From: Squalus acanthias
Taxonomy: Eukaryota
DNA length: 64,000 bases
Direction of reading: 5' to 3'
Assembly: GCA_030390025.1 (NCBI GenBank)
Contig: CM059425.1
Location: forward strand, 155,124,001-155,188,000
Position 1 is the stretch's first letter. The number at the start of each line of letters is the position of its first letter. The notes under the pieces are model-generated. The model worked only from the letters and a program-made list of their open reading frames with translations, was not told where the DNA came from and searched no databases. The translations under genes and the position numbers were made by a program. This document shows positions 51,401 through 62,649 of the stretch, piece after piece.

Positions 51401-52416
51401 TGTCCATTAATTGATGCTTTTGTAGCTGCATGGAATAGGTTCTGAGGACAAGCAGCTGTAATTGGTGTCGTTGCACAAAGAGTGGCTGAAACTCTAGGTG
51501 TGTTTCTTCGAGAGAAAACCCGAGAGGAAGCATGATAGATTTTAGCCGGAACATCTTGATAGGCCCTTACCGGGGCAGTTCGGTAGGACTTAGCTTGATA
51601 AGCCCTCGTAGAGGCTCTTGATAGGCAAACCTTTGCAAAATGACCCTTTTTGTTGCAATGACTGCAAAACGCATTGCGAGCAGGGCAGAATTTCCGAGGG
51701 TGAAACTCATCACCACAAAAGAAGCATTTCTTAGATTGCCAAGAGGCTGCCACAGTGGGGTCATCATCCTCTTCATCAGTGAAGTCATCAGATTGATCGT
51801 CAGGGATAAAGTCCTCCCTAATAGAGTTCACCTGTGGCCTCTTAAATTGCCTGACTGTAGTTAAGGCAGCAGACCGAGGTCTGGGCACTGTATAAAGGTC
51901 TGCATTTCTTTTTGCCAGATCTAGAGAGCAAGCCATGTCATAAGCTCTCTGAAGCTCAAGTGTCTTACTTTCCAGTAGACGCTGGCGTATAAATGGGGAG
52001 GCAAGCCCGCAGATGAAAGCATCACGGATCATTTCTTCACGGTACAGCTCAGCTGAGGCCGCCTGAAAGTTACAGTCCATACTAAGTCTGCGAAGCTCTT
52101 GGAGGAATTTATCAATGGATTCCTCCGGCCCTTGTTGGGCTGTAGCTAGTAGATGTCTGGCATAGACCTCATTCGGTGTCTTAGTATATAGTCTTTTAAG
52201 CATCCGAATTGCCTCCTCGTAACTGCCCCATTCCTCCACATACTGAAATACATTCGGGGTGACACAGTTGATGAGTATCCGCAATTTTGAGTCATCATCA
52301 GCCTTGCAATATTCGAGAAAATTGTCAAACGTGCGATACCAGTGTTTCCACACCTTACCGGCTGCTGGGGTGTTTGGGTCCAAGTCAAGACGCGATGGTT
52401 TAAGGATGTTTTCCAT
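48466..52416 (-). pseudogene. Gag-Pol polyprotein, single frame with one internal TGA at 49912-49914
   Basis: Two CCHC knuckles (CFFCGDEFHPRKFC, CSHCNKKGHFAKVC), protease LIDSGS, RT LPFG and YLDN, RNase H CDASE/EKEA/ITDQ*SVAFM, integrase HHCC and IDF-SDRG-VERFN. Confidence 0.95.
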
Positions 52417-52482
52417 GATGGGTGATTCCCTGGATCCTTAGTTCCGAGTTCGTCCAAAAAGTTTGAGTGCGAAGTTTTTCAA

Positions 52483-52493
52483 AGTTGATTAAA
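52483..52493 (-). promoter_or_regulatory. Putative self-priming primer-binding site
   Basis: tttaatcaact, 1 nt after the 5' LTR; exact complement of LTR positions 52538-52548; no TGG-initiated tRNA PBS. Confidence 0.8.
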
Positions 52494-52494
52494 T

Positions 52495-52688
52495 TGTCGT
52501 AAGAATGAGCCTTACGCGTGGTGAACTTAAAGTAAGCTTTAATCAACTAAAAAGGTGCTACATACAAAAGAGGTCTTACTCTATGCCTCTCCAGGATCCA
52601 ACTGATCAGCCCAGTATTTATCCTAGACTAATCACAGGAAGTTATGTAATAAAGTTCAAGTCACAGGAAGCTGTATTGTGTTACCACA
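52495..52688 (-). repeat. 5' LTR
   Basis: Upstream of the gag ATG (52416) on the minus strand; TG...CA ends. Confidence 0.97.
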
Positions 52689-55149
52689 ACAAACGTAGGT
52701 CCCCTGCAGTCAGAAACAGGGGAAGTCATAATGGGGAACAAAGAAATGGCAGATCAATTGAACAAGTACTTTGGTTCGGTGTTTACTGTGGAGGACACAA
52801 ACAACCTTCCGGAAATAAAAGAGATCAAAGGATCTGGTAAGAGGGAGGAGCTGAGGGAAATCCTTATCAGTCGGGAAAAGGTGTTGGGGAAATTGATGGG
52901 ACTGAAGGCTGATAAATCCCCAGGGCCTGATGGTCTGCATCCCAGAGTACTTAAGGAGGTGGCCTTGGAAATAGTGGATGCATTGACGATCATTTTCCAA
53001 CATTCCTTAGACTCTGGATCAGTTCCGAAGGAGTGGAGGGTGGCTAATGTAACCCCTCTTTTTAAAAAAAGGGAGGGAGAAAGCAGGGAAGCAGCCTGAC
53101 ATCGGTGGTGGGTAAAATGATGGAATCAATTATTAAAGATGTCATAACAGACCATTTGGAAAGTGGCGACATGATAGGTCCAAGTCAGCATGGATTTGTG
53201 ATAGGGAAATCATGCTTGACAAATCTTCTGGAATTTTTTGAGGATGTTTCCAATAGGGTGGACGGGGGGGGGAACCAGTAGATGTGGTGTATTTGGACTT
53301 TCAGAAGGCCTTCGACAAGGTCCCACACAAGAGATTGGTGTGCAAAGTTAAAGCACATGGGATTGGGGGTAATGTGTTGACGTGGATTGAGAACTGGTTG
53401 GCACACAGGAAACAAAGAGTAGGAGTAAATGGGTACTTTTCAGAATGGCAGGCAGTGACCAGCGGGGTACCGCAGGGTTCGGTGCTGGGGCCCCAGCTGT
53501 TTACATTATATATTAATGATTTGGACGAAGGGATTAATTGTAATATCTCCAAATTTGCGGATGACACTAAATTGGGAGGCAGTGTGAACAATGAGGAGGA
53601 TGCTAGGAGGCTACAGAGTGACTTGGACAGGTTGGGTGAATGGGCAAATGTATGGCAGATGAAGTACAATGTGGATAAATGTGAGGTTATCCACTTTGGT
53701 GGTAAAAATAGGGAGGCAGACTATTACCTGAATGGTGGCAGATTAGGGAAAGGGGAGGTGCAACAAGACCTGGGCGTCATGGTACATCAGTCATTGAAGG
53801 TGGAAAGGCAAGTGCAGCAGGCAGTCAAGAAAGCAAATGGCATGATGGCCTTCATAGCAAGGGGATTTGAGTACAGGAGTAGGGAGGTGATGCTACAGTT
53901 GTACAGGGCCTTGGTGAGGCCACACCTGGAGTATTGTGTGCAGTTTTGGTCTCCTAACTTGAGGAAGGACATTCTTGCTATTGAGGGAGTGCAACGAAGG
54001 TTCATAGATTGATTCCTGGGATGGCCAGACTGACATATCAAGAAAGACTGGATCAACTGAACTTGTATCCTCTGGAGTTCAGAAGAATGAGGGGGGATCT
54101 TATAGAGACGTTTAAAATCCTGACTGGTTTAGACAAATTAGATGCGGGCAGAATGTTTCCAATGTTAGGGAAAACTAAAACCAGGGGTCACAGTCTAAGG
54201 ATAAAGGGGAAGCCATTTAAGACTGAGATGAGGAGGAACTTCTTCACCCAGAGAGTGGTGAATCTGTGGGATTCTCTACCACAGAAGGTTGTTGAGGCCA
54301 GTTCGCTAAATATATTCAAAAGGGAGTTAGATATAATACTCACAACTATGGGGATCAAGGGGTATGGCGAGAAAGCAGGAATGGGGTACTGAGGTAGCAT
54401 GTTCAGCCATGAACGCATTGAATGGCGGTGCAGGCTCGAAGGACCGAATGGTCTACTCCTGCACCTATTTTCTATGTTTCTATGTTTCTAACATCCATGC
54501 ATGCACACTTTCCACCAGTGTGATCACTCGATAGTAATCAGGAATGGGAATTCTGGTTGATTTTGGTCCTTCCTGGCCTCTGGATACTGTGGCGATTTGT
54601 AGCACCAAGACCACTGATCTGGCTGCTGATCCAACGCGATACAGTCCTGATCTGTTTGGCTCAGTACCAAGAACCCAGAACAGTTATACAGTCCACAGTC
54701 CAGTGGCTCTGGCAAGTTATCCAGATGTTTCTCTCAAGAGTGACATGGAAGACAAAATCAACTGCCAAACCAGGGAGAGTCCTGCTTTCTATATAGATTT
54801 CTGAATTATTGTATCGCTATAACTGTGAATGGAATAAATAAGCGCTGATGTTATAGTGATGGGTTCTGTGACATTATAATGGTAGTGGCATCTCCATTTT
54901 GATGAAAGTATCATTACTTCAATCTCGAGTTCAGCAGCTCACCACTGTTGTCAAAGCCTTCCTGGCAAACTGTTCGCATCCATCATTCATTAATGAGTAA
55001 CATTTTCCCTGTTGTTTCCCCTGTTGCTTGGTGATAGCTTTGGCAGTTTTCTGTGTTTTACAAATCTTCCACATGCCTAACCTATTGTTGCTTGCAAGGA
55101 ACACCAACAAAACTGTGACTTGGATATAAAAAATGTATGTTGAAAAATA

Positions 55150-55890
55150 AAACAATTGCTACAGTTAGATCAGTTAGATGGTGTGGAGTTCAGAGGCTGG
55201 AGTGGGGTGAAGGAGATTGGAGGCCGGTGTGGTTGGGGTGGGGGTGGGGTGGGGAGAGATCGGAAGCCGGAGGAGGGGCGAGGAGAGATCAGAGGCTGGG
55301 GATGAGAATGGGGGTTGGCGTTCAGAGGCCGGGGTCAGGGGGGAGATCGGAGGCTGGCGTCGGGGAACATCGGAGGTTGGGGGGATCAGGGGGAGAATGG
55401 AAGGGGCGGAGGGACAGCCGGGGAGTGCAGATGAGAGAGGGAGGGATTGGAAAGACTGGGGGGTGGCCGGGGGAGATCGGATCACGGGGGGAGGGGAGTC
55501 CGAACGTGGTGGGGGAAGCAGGTTAGCTTGGGGGGCCAGGGGGGCCAGGGGGCCAGGGGGGCAGGGGGGTGGAAAGCAGTCCTGTTCCTCCTGACCCCCA
55601 AGCAATGCTGGAAAGGCACTTGCTTCTTTCATGCAGCAGTCCTCGCCTCTCTTTAGCTACCATATTCCCCGAGGTCCAGGAAACCCGGCTGGCAAGCTTT
55701 AAACCTAAAATGGAGCAAAAATCTGAGGCACGCAGCCACATTAAAATATTTAAATAAGCAACGCCTCCTGGGAGTGGGTTGGTTGCCCGCCCCTTCATCC
55801 CACATCCATTGGAACTGTAAGTGGGCGGGTTGTGTTCAGGTTTGAGATTTTAACATCCCACCTATTTTTGGGGGTTATAATTCCCCCCAT
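55150..55890. repeat. G-rich Harbinger-MITE-like repeat, partial
   Basis: Right end tttttgggggttataattcccc and internal blocks shared with 58920-59424. Confidence 0.55.
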
Positions 55891-56108
55891 TGTGGCCTGG
55901 AATTTCCTGGAATGGAGCGTTTGGCCCTGATCACCATAATTTTGAGCCTTGTGCTCCCTGATCCTCCAGTAACAAATTTACGGCAAGAGAACCAATTCCA
56001 ATATGTGAATTATTAATTAGATTAGCGAGTCAGAAGTGACGCAGCTAATGTCCGATACACATTCAAGGGGCTGGGGCTGGGGCCAGGGCCGGACATAGAA
56101 TGGAACAG

Positions 56109-56672
56109 CTGGAAAAACTCAGCAGGCCAGGCAACATCCGTGGAGAGAGAAACGGATGTTGCCTGGCCTGCTGAGTTTTTCCAGCGTTTTCTGTTGTTAT
56201 TTCGGATTTGGCAACACGGTGGCATAGTGGTTAGCACTGGTGCCTCACAGCGCCAGGGACCCGGGTTCGAATCTGACCTCGGGTGACTGTCTGTGTGGAG
56301 TTTGCACATTCTCCCCGTGTCTGCGTGGGTTTCCTCCGGGTGCTCCGGTTTCCTCCCACAGTCCAAAAATGTGCGGGTTAGGTTGATTTGGCTATGATAA
56401 ATTGACCCTTAGTGTTAGGGGGGGATTAAATATGTGGGGTTATGAGGATAGGATGGGATATGTTAGGGGGAATTAAATACGTGGGGTTACGGGGGTAGGG
56501 TGGGATATGTGTACTGTGGGGATTAAAGCAGGGACAGGGTACTGGATTTGGATGATCAGCCATGATCGTATTGAATGGTGGAGCAGGCTCGACGGGCCGA
56601 ATTGCCTACTCCTGCTCCTAGATTCTATGTTTCTATGTTTCTATGTTTCCAGCATCCGCAGTATTTTGCTAT
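56109..56672 (+). mobile_element. Short fold-back Penelope-like insertion, itself interrupted by a SINE
   Basis: 15-bp TSD catagaatggaacag (56094-108, 56673-87); 33-bp perfect inverted repeat 56109-141 / 56152-184; 3' end matches the family at 30866. Confidence 0.85.
56210..56648 (+). mobile_element. tRNA-derived V-SINE (HE1-like)
   Basis: Near-identical to 10107-10537. Confidence 0.93.
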
Positions 56673-58919
56673 CATAGAATGGAACAGGTTATGTAGACTT
56701 TCCGCTTTGGGCGCAATCGGGAAATTGCACCCAAACTGCGCTGGTTAGGCTATGATTCAAATTTCCGCTAAAATTCATTTGCATAGTAACAAACGTAAAA
56801 TCTTTTATGAACCAGCACAATCTGGCAGCGTAATAGAACGTGATCATTTTTTTTCTTTCCATTATAAAGTAATCCGTGATATATTTAAGAGCGGTAACCT
56901 GGTGCAGCTTTATTAATACAGCTGAAAATGGGATTATCACCCAAAATAAGCATTTTTCATAAGTGTGTCCTGTCCTCCACCTGTGAGATATCTGATTTAA
57001 AATCACTCAACCATTTAATAGTTTAATTGGGGTACTCTAATCAGCTTCTTAATAAATTAAATATTTTTTGATAGGAAAAATCATTTGAAACGTGGCTACT
57101 AGTGCATGTGCAACTAAGAAAATGAGCGCAATTTTAATAGACTTTCTGAACCAGCGGAATCTCGCAATTTTGACCTGGGGGCGTGGCCAGGTTTGTGGGC
57201 GGGGCTTGATTCGGGCCAATTGAATCTTGAAACCAGCGTAAAAGACGAGCGTAAGTGGTTTTGGCCGAAACTCACTTACGTTTAAAATTCCCCGATCTTT
57301 TGCTTTGGTCTGGCTGAATCTGCTCGGATTGCGCTGATATTACTAGCAGAAACCCAACCCCGGGTTATTTAGCGCTTCCCTAAAAGTAAGAGCTCAACAA
57401 TTTGTGTGGTTTTCCCATTTTCATATTTTACTTGAGTTGATTATAGAGTTAGTTTTTTCATATTTTGTAATTATTTCTCGTTGCTTATAATCGGGCAGTA
57501 CGAGCGGGCGCCAGTCTGCTAAAATAAGAGCCGCTCATTATTGTTGCAAATCCCGGTGTCTGTTTAATTTCTCTTCTGACCGTCTGTCTTGTCAGTAAGA
57601 AAACCCAGTGAGATCACATTTATGTTCCACGTTCAGAACCTGTTCTGTGCAATTCCAATTCCAGTGAATTAGTTCATTGAAAGTGACAATCAGTCTTCCT
57701 TTTCCATGGCCCGTTTTTGATTTAATTTACCTTCAGTTTTCATTTAAGAGCTATTATCGGCCTGTAGGTTGTCAGTGAGTGGAATGGGTTGAATGCCTTG
57801 CAGCCGATGCACAATTTGATTTAATTATTATCACAATCAAATGCTGGGGACACTTGACTGACCCTGCATTTTGTGAAAGTGACACAAAATGTTAGTTTCA
57901 AAAGTGATGCCGCCTAGTAAAAAGCTTCTTCAGTAGTGAAACACATCAAACTGAACAACCGAGTCACTCAGGATTAGCCGTTGTACTGATTACACAGCTC
58001 CCTTGGTGTAGAGCTGAGGAAATAGACTCTACCCAACTTAATCGATACTTTTGATAGAGGAAATGGTGGAAACCATCGAGGTAGAAATTCATCTGAGCCC
58101 ATTTTTGGGCCCAGAATTGCTGGTGCTGGGGCTGCTGGAAGGCCCGAGGCTGGCCACAAATGGAGCTTTGGGCCTCATTTCCATCATTTAGGTGAGCTGT
58201 CAGTGCCTGCCATGCCTCCACAGGTAACTCACTCCTTTCAGCAGATGAATTTCACATCAGCCACCTCGCTGGCAGTGGCCCTCGGGTAAGTCCTGGAGAG
58301 TGGGGAGGAGAAGACAACAGGAGGGGGCCGCTCGCGGGTCAGCAGCGGCCCTCAGGAATGCTGTGCAGCTGGAAGGAGCACTCTTCCTCTGTCTGGCTAC
58401 ACGTCAACCAATAAAGAACAAAAATTGCCGGCCCTTTCGGTGGCGGCCGCTGGCTCGGCCACATTCACACCTGGAAAACCTAAGTGGAGCAGGCCCAATA
58501 TGAAACATTTTCATTTGTCAGCAGGTCATAACCAACCCCTCCTCACTGCTGCTTCCCAGTGTCATCCTTTCTCTTGTCGACAGAAGGATGAAAATGTCAT
58601 GGGGTATAGGCTTCTCCATGGTAAGCCAGCAAGAGATCATTTATGTGGAGCAAGAAAAACCTAGTCCTATTAACTTTTCCTCCCTCTTGAGATGGAGCTA
58701 GAGCAATCTACTGCCACACAATAACTCCGACTGTCAACCCAGTAGAGAACTGGTGTGCTTCATCCAACTAAACAAGCAAGCTTAAATTCCAGTAAAAGTT
58801 GGAATCCAAAGACTCCGATATTTACTGGGGTGCGTCGCATAGGCGAGAGGGAGGAGTTTTAATTGATCCGGGTTTTCCCGCAACTGTGGAGATTTAACTC
58901 CACAGTGTGCGTCTTTTTT

Positions 58920-59424
58920 TTAAACAGGATCCCTGCCTGGAAGCCAGCCTGATTGACAGGCTTGACTCCCTGTCAGACAGGGAATACTCTGGAGGACGTC
59001 GCAGGAACAGGGAGGGAGCCTGCTACTGCGATAGTGGGAGCTTGGCGGGGGTCCCGATATTAGGGTGGTCTTTGGATGGGGGGTCCGATGGCAGGGAAGC
59101 AGGTACGCTTGGTGGGCTGGGAGGAAGCACTGGTCATCCTGGCCCACAAGTAGTGCTGTAAGGGCAATTAGCTTTTCCCCAAACCCATCCTCGCCTCCCT
59201 TGGGCCAGGGTTAAACCTGTAAGGCAGGTTAAATCAGAGGCTGCCAGCCTCACTATAATAATTAAATGTCCAACCCGCCTCCTGGGAGCGGGTTGGCTGC
59301 CCGCTCCCATCCCGCCTTCGTTAAACTCAGAAGTGGGCAGGTTGGGGTCGGGTTTGAGATTTAAATTTTTTTTACATCTCACCCGACCCCACCTCACCCG
59401 TTTTTGGGGGTTAAAATTATACCC
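58920..59424. repeat. Harbinger-MITE-like repeat, partial
   Basis: Shares blocks and right end with 55600-55890. Confidence 0.55.
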
Positions 59425-60282
59425 AAAATATCTACTGCTAAAGACTCTTAAGTGTTAGCAGAACAGAAAATGACTGGTTTTCCCACATCACCTGAAGAGA
59501 TATCTAAACACTGAAGTATTATACACGGAAATAGAACTGAACTTTGTGCGTGCAGCATGAATGATAATGTCTGGAGGACAACTGTCTCTCTCAGAACTAG
59601 GCCGTCTTTCCAGACATCTACGTTGACTTAGACAAGGTTTCTTAGGCTAGAAATAGGGATATTGAACCTAATCCACAGAAATGCATAGCAATCGTTAATT
59701 TCAGTGACGGTTTTAACTTTAGGTAGTAACAGTAAGCAGTAAGTAATATTTTAACAGACCCAAAATATTTAATGCATGGCGAATTGTTAGTTCAAGAGGA
59801 AGTATTGCCATCAGTACCCCTTTTAAAATTCAGTTGTGAAAAACCATTAATATCATGGTTTATCTGTATCATTTGTAATTTTTTTTTAATAGTTGCTTCT
59901 AACTGTATTATCAGAGGAACTATCTTGGGATAGTTACTGAAGCCAATAGTGTCAGGAAGCCCAGTTAACAACAATAGAAATATTGTGGCCAACAATTTTT
60001 TTTTTTAAAAAGGAAAAGCATGTTTTTCACCAATGTGAACAAACCATTAGCAAAACGAAAATGTGTGACTTTAAAATGCATTCAATATATAAATCTAAAC
60101 AAGAAGAATAGTTCCTTGGGCATGGTGCCACTGCATTACGATTGTCCGTGAAACTCTATCCCCGCATGAATTACCTCTTTAAGATAAGAGGAGGAAAGGG
60201 AACAATGAAAAAAGGTGTTTTATCAGTTAAGAGGTAACTGTGTGTAATTACTGACTGTCTATTTACTGCCTTAATGATCCCA

Positions 60283-60465
60283 AAAATGAGAAGTCGCACA
60301 ACACCAGGTTATAGTCCAACAGATTTATTTAATTTTACAAGCTTTCGAAGCAGTTCGCTCCTTCGTCAGGTAAGTTAGCAAATTAAATAAATCTGTTGGA
60401 CTATAACCTGGTGTTGTGCGACTTCTCATTTTTGTCCACCCCAGTCCAACGCCGGCATCTCCACA
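60283..60465 (+). mobile_element. Short fold-back Penelope-like insertion with hammerhead in the loop
   Basis: TSD ttaatgatccca (60271-82, 60466-77); 54-bp perfect inverted repeat 60282-335 / 60380-433. Confidence 0.88.
60335..60373 (-). ncRNA. Minimal type I hammerhead ribozyme motif, core intact
   Basis: ttac-CTGACGA-a-ggagc gaact gcttc-GAAA-gctt-gtaa: stem I, stem II, palindromic aagctt stem III, CUU site. Confidence 0.8.
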
Positions 60466-60576
60466 TTAATGATCCCAGACAGACTAATCCATGGTTGATT
60501 ATTAAACCTGTGGTGCTTCAGTTTCAACTCCGCATGTTAATCCAGCTCAATTAGTTAATGACAATTCTTCATAATA

Positions 60577-61574
60577 CCATTTTGGTAAGAAGAACGAGGA
60601 GAAGCAATGTAAACTAAAGGGTACAATTCTAAAGGGGGTGCATGATCAGAGAGACCTGGGGGTATATGTGCACAAATCGTTGAAGGTGGCAGGGCAGGTT
60701 GAGAAAGCAGTTAAAAAAGCATACAGGATCCTGGGCTTCATAAATAGAATTGAGAGGTCGCACAACACCAGGTTATAGTCCAACAGTTTTATTTGAAATC
60801 ACAAGCTTTCGGAGCTATCGATTGCCCCTTCCTCAGGAAGGGGCAATCGATAGCTCCGAAAGCTTGTGATTTCAAATAAAACTGTTGGACTATAACCTGG
60901 TGTTGTGCGACCTCTCAATTTTGTCCACCCCAGTCCAACACCGGCATCTCCGCATCACATTCATAAATAGAGGCATAGAGTACAAAAGCAAGGAAGTTAT
61001 GATGAACCTTTATAAAACACTGGTTCAGCCTCAACTGAAGTATTGTGTCCAATTCTGGGCACCGCACTTTAGGAAGGATGTGAAGGCCTTAGAGAGGGTG
61101 CAGAAAAGATTTACAAGAATGGTTCCAGAGATGAGTGACTTCAGTTACGTGGATAGACTGGAGAAGCTGGGGTTGTTCTCCATGGAGCAGAGAAGGTTGA
61201 GAGGAGATTTGATCGAGGTGTTCAAAATCATGATGGGTTTAGACAGAATAGATAGAGAGAAACTGTTCCCATTGGTGGAAGGGTCGAGAACCAGAGGACA
61301 CAGATTTAAGGTGATTGGCAAAAGAACCAAAGGCAACATTCGGGAAAACTTTTCTACGCAGTGAGTGGTTAGGATCTGGAATGCACTGCCTGAAAGGGTG
61401 GTGGAGGCAGATTCAATCATGGCTTTCAAAAGGGAATTGGATAAGTATCTGAAGGAGAAAATTTGCAGGGCTACGGGGAAAGGGCGGGGGAGTGGGACTA
61501 GCTGAAGTGCTCTTGCAGAGAGCCGACACAGGCTGAATGGCCTACGTCTGTGCTGTAACCATTCTATGATTCTA
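60577..61574 (+). mobile_element. CR1 LINE 3' part interrupted by a palindromic insertion
   Basis: FINRGIEYKS, RRLRGDLIE, RTRGH; attctatgattcta tail. Confidence 0.92.
60749..60959 (+). mobile_element. Short fold-back Penelope-like insertion (173-bp palindrome + 3' end)
   Basis: TSD ttcataaataga (60737-48, 60960-71); perfect palindrome 60748-60920 centred on 60834; same family as 60283. Confidence 0.9.
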
Positions 61575-61577
61575 AAA

Positions 61578-61825
61578 GTAGACATCAAGGAGTAGATTGT
61601 GATCCTTACCGCCTGGGGGTTGAGCATCGCCCGAGAGGAATATTCGGTGAGGAGGATTGCATATCCCTGACGGAACCCACTCAATATTTCTTCCATTGAA
61701 ATTAATAGAAGGAAGTTGGGGCGAGTTCTGTAACAGGTTTGCTATCCTCCGCATCCAATTTTCCTTGCTGTGCTCTGCTCTGCCGATGCTTAAAGCCCAG
61801 GTGATAAAGATGAAAATTTGCCCCA
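61578..61825. repeat. Old palindromic MITE-like repeat
   Basis: Imperfect palindrome around ttccattgaaattaatagaa; right end gatgaaaatttgccc. Confidence 0.55.
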
Positions 61826-62649
61826 ATACTCTTCAATATATATTTTTCAACATATGAAGTTTCATTGCTGAACTAACTGCCATAAAAAGAACTGTAATTA
61901 TATCTCAATCATTAAGCTGAGCTAAAAATGCTGGATGATTTATTCGCTAAGGAGATGAATTATGACATGTGAAACAGTGACTAGATAATGTGGCCACATT
62001 TGGTAAAGGCACTTCATGCATTCTATAATGCACTTTATCTGCTTTTTTTGTTTCATTCCTGAATCCAAGTATAAGTCAGCAAATTAATTTGCATTTTTCT
62101 GTGAGCATCTGACAGGAGAAATGACCTTCAGCAATGTTAGGATCAGCATTCATTTATTTGCTAATTTTACCAAAAGGTCGATGCAAGTAAAATGTCAGTG
62201 GAAAGCACTAATGGATTATTCCTTTGCGATTTGCACCATTTTGAGAATTCTTACCCATTCAAAAGAAGATTAGCAAAAAATCTGCTTTTGCTTGTTACAG
62301 TTTTGTTGACTGCCTCTAATTTATCACGCTGCTTGTCCGACATCCAGTATTGGATGAGCAGAAACTTCCTCCAATTAAATATTGGGAAGACTAAACCCAA
62401 TGACACGGATTTTTCGGGGCCGCCGTAAGTGCCTAACAAGTTCCAGGTTTCTGCATGCGACACGCATGCGCGAAAACCTGGAACTTGCGTTCTGTCAAGA
62501 ATCTTCTTGACAGATCATCCGCAACCCTGGGAAATGGACATTCGCTGGCGGAGAGATGGGCGATTTGCCCAACTACTGCACAGCAAATGCCCATGAAACT
62601 CTTATGCCAGTTGTAACAAACCGCTATTAAAAGCAATAAGAAGATTAAA

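Larger units (their letters stand above)
48207..52688 (-). mobile_element. Complete Ty3/Gypsy LTR retrotransposon
   Basis: 194-bp TG...CA LTRs; acaaa TSD at 48202-06 and 52689-93; PPT at 48401-48414; order gag-PR-RT-RH-IN. Confidence 0.97.
47356..54490 (+). mobile_element. CR1 LINE (endonuclease to tail) split by the Gypsy insertion
   Basis: ESIWVEL, YRPP, GDFN, SDH up to KRLVKTN (48206); resumes VGPLQSE after 52693; KFADDTKLG; (tttctatg)n tail. Confidence 0.95.

Noticed and set aside
56210-56285. tRNA gene (also near 10460-10537 and 24730-24798)
   Set aside because: A/B-box heads continue directly into SINE bodies.
57170-57230. GC-box/CCAAT promoter
   Set aside because: Lies in a CpG-containing, MITE-like segment (about 56695-57290) with no linked gene.
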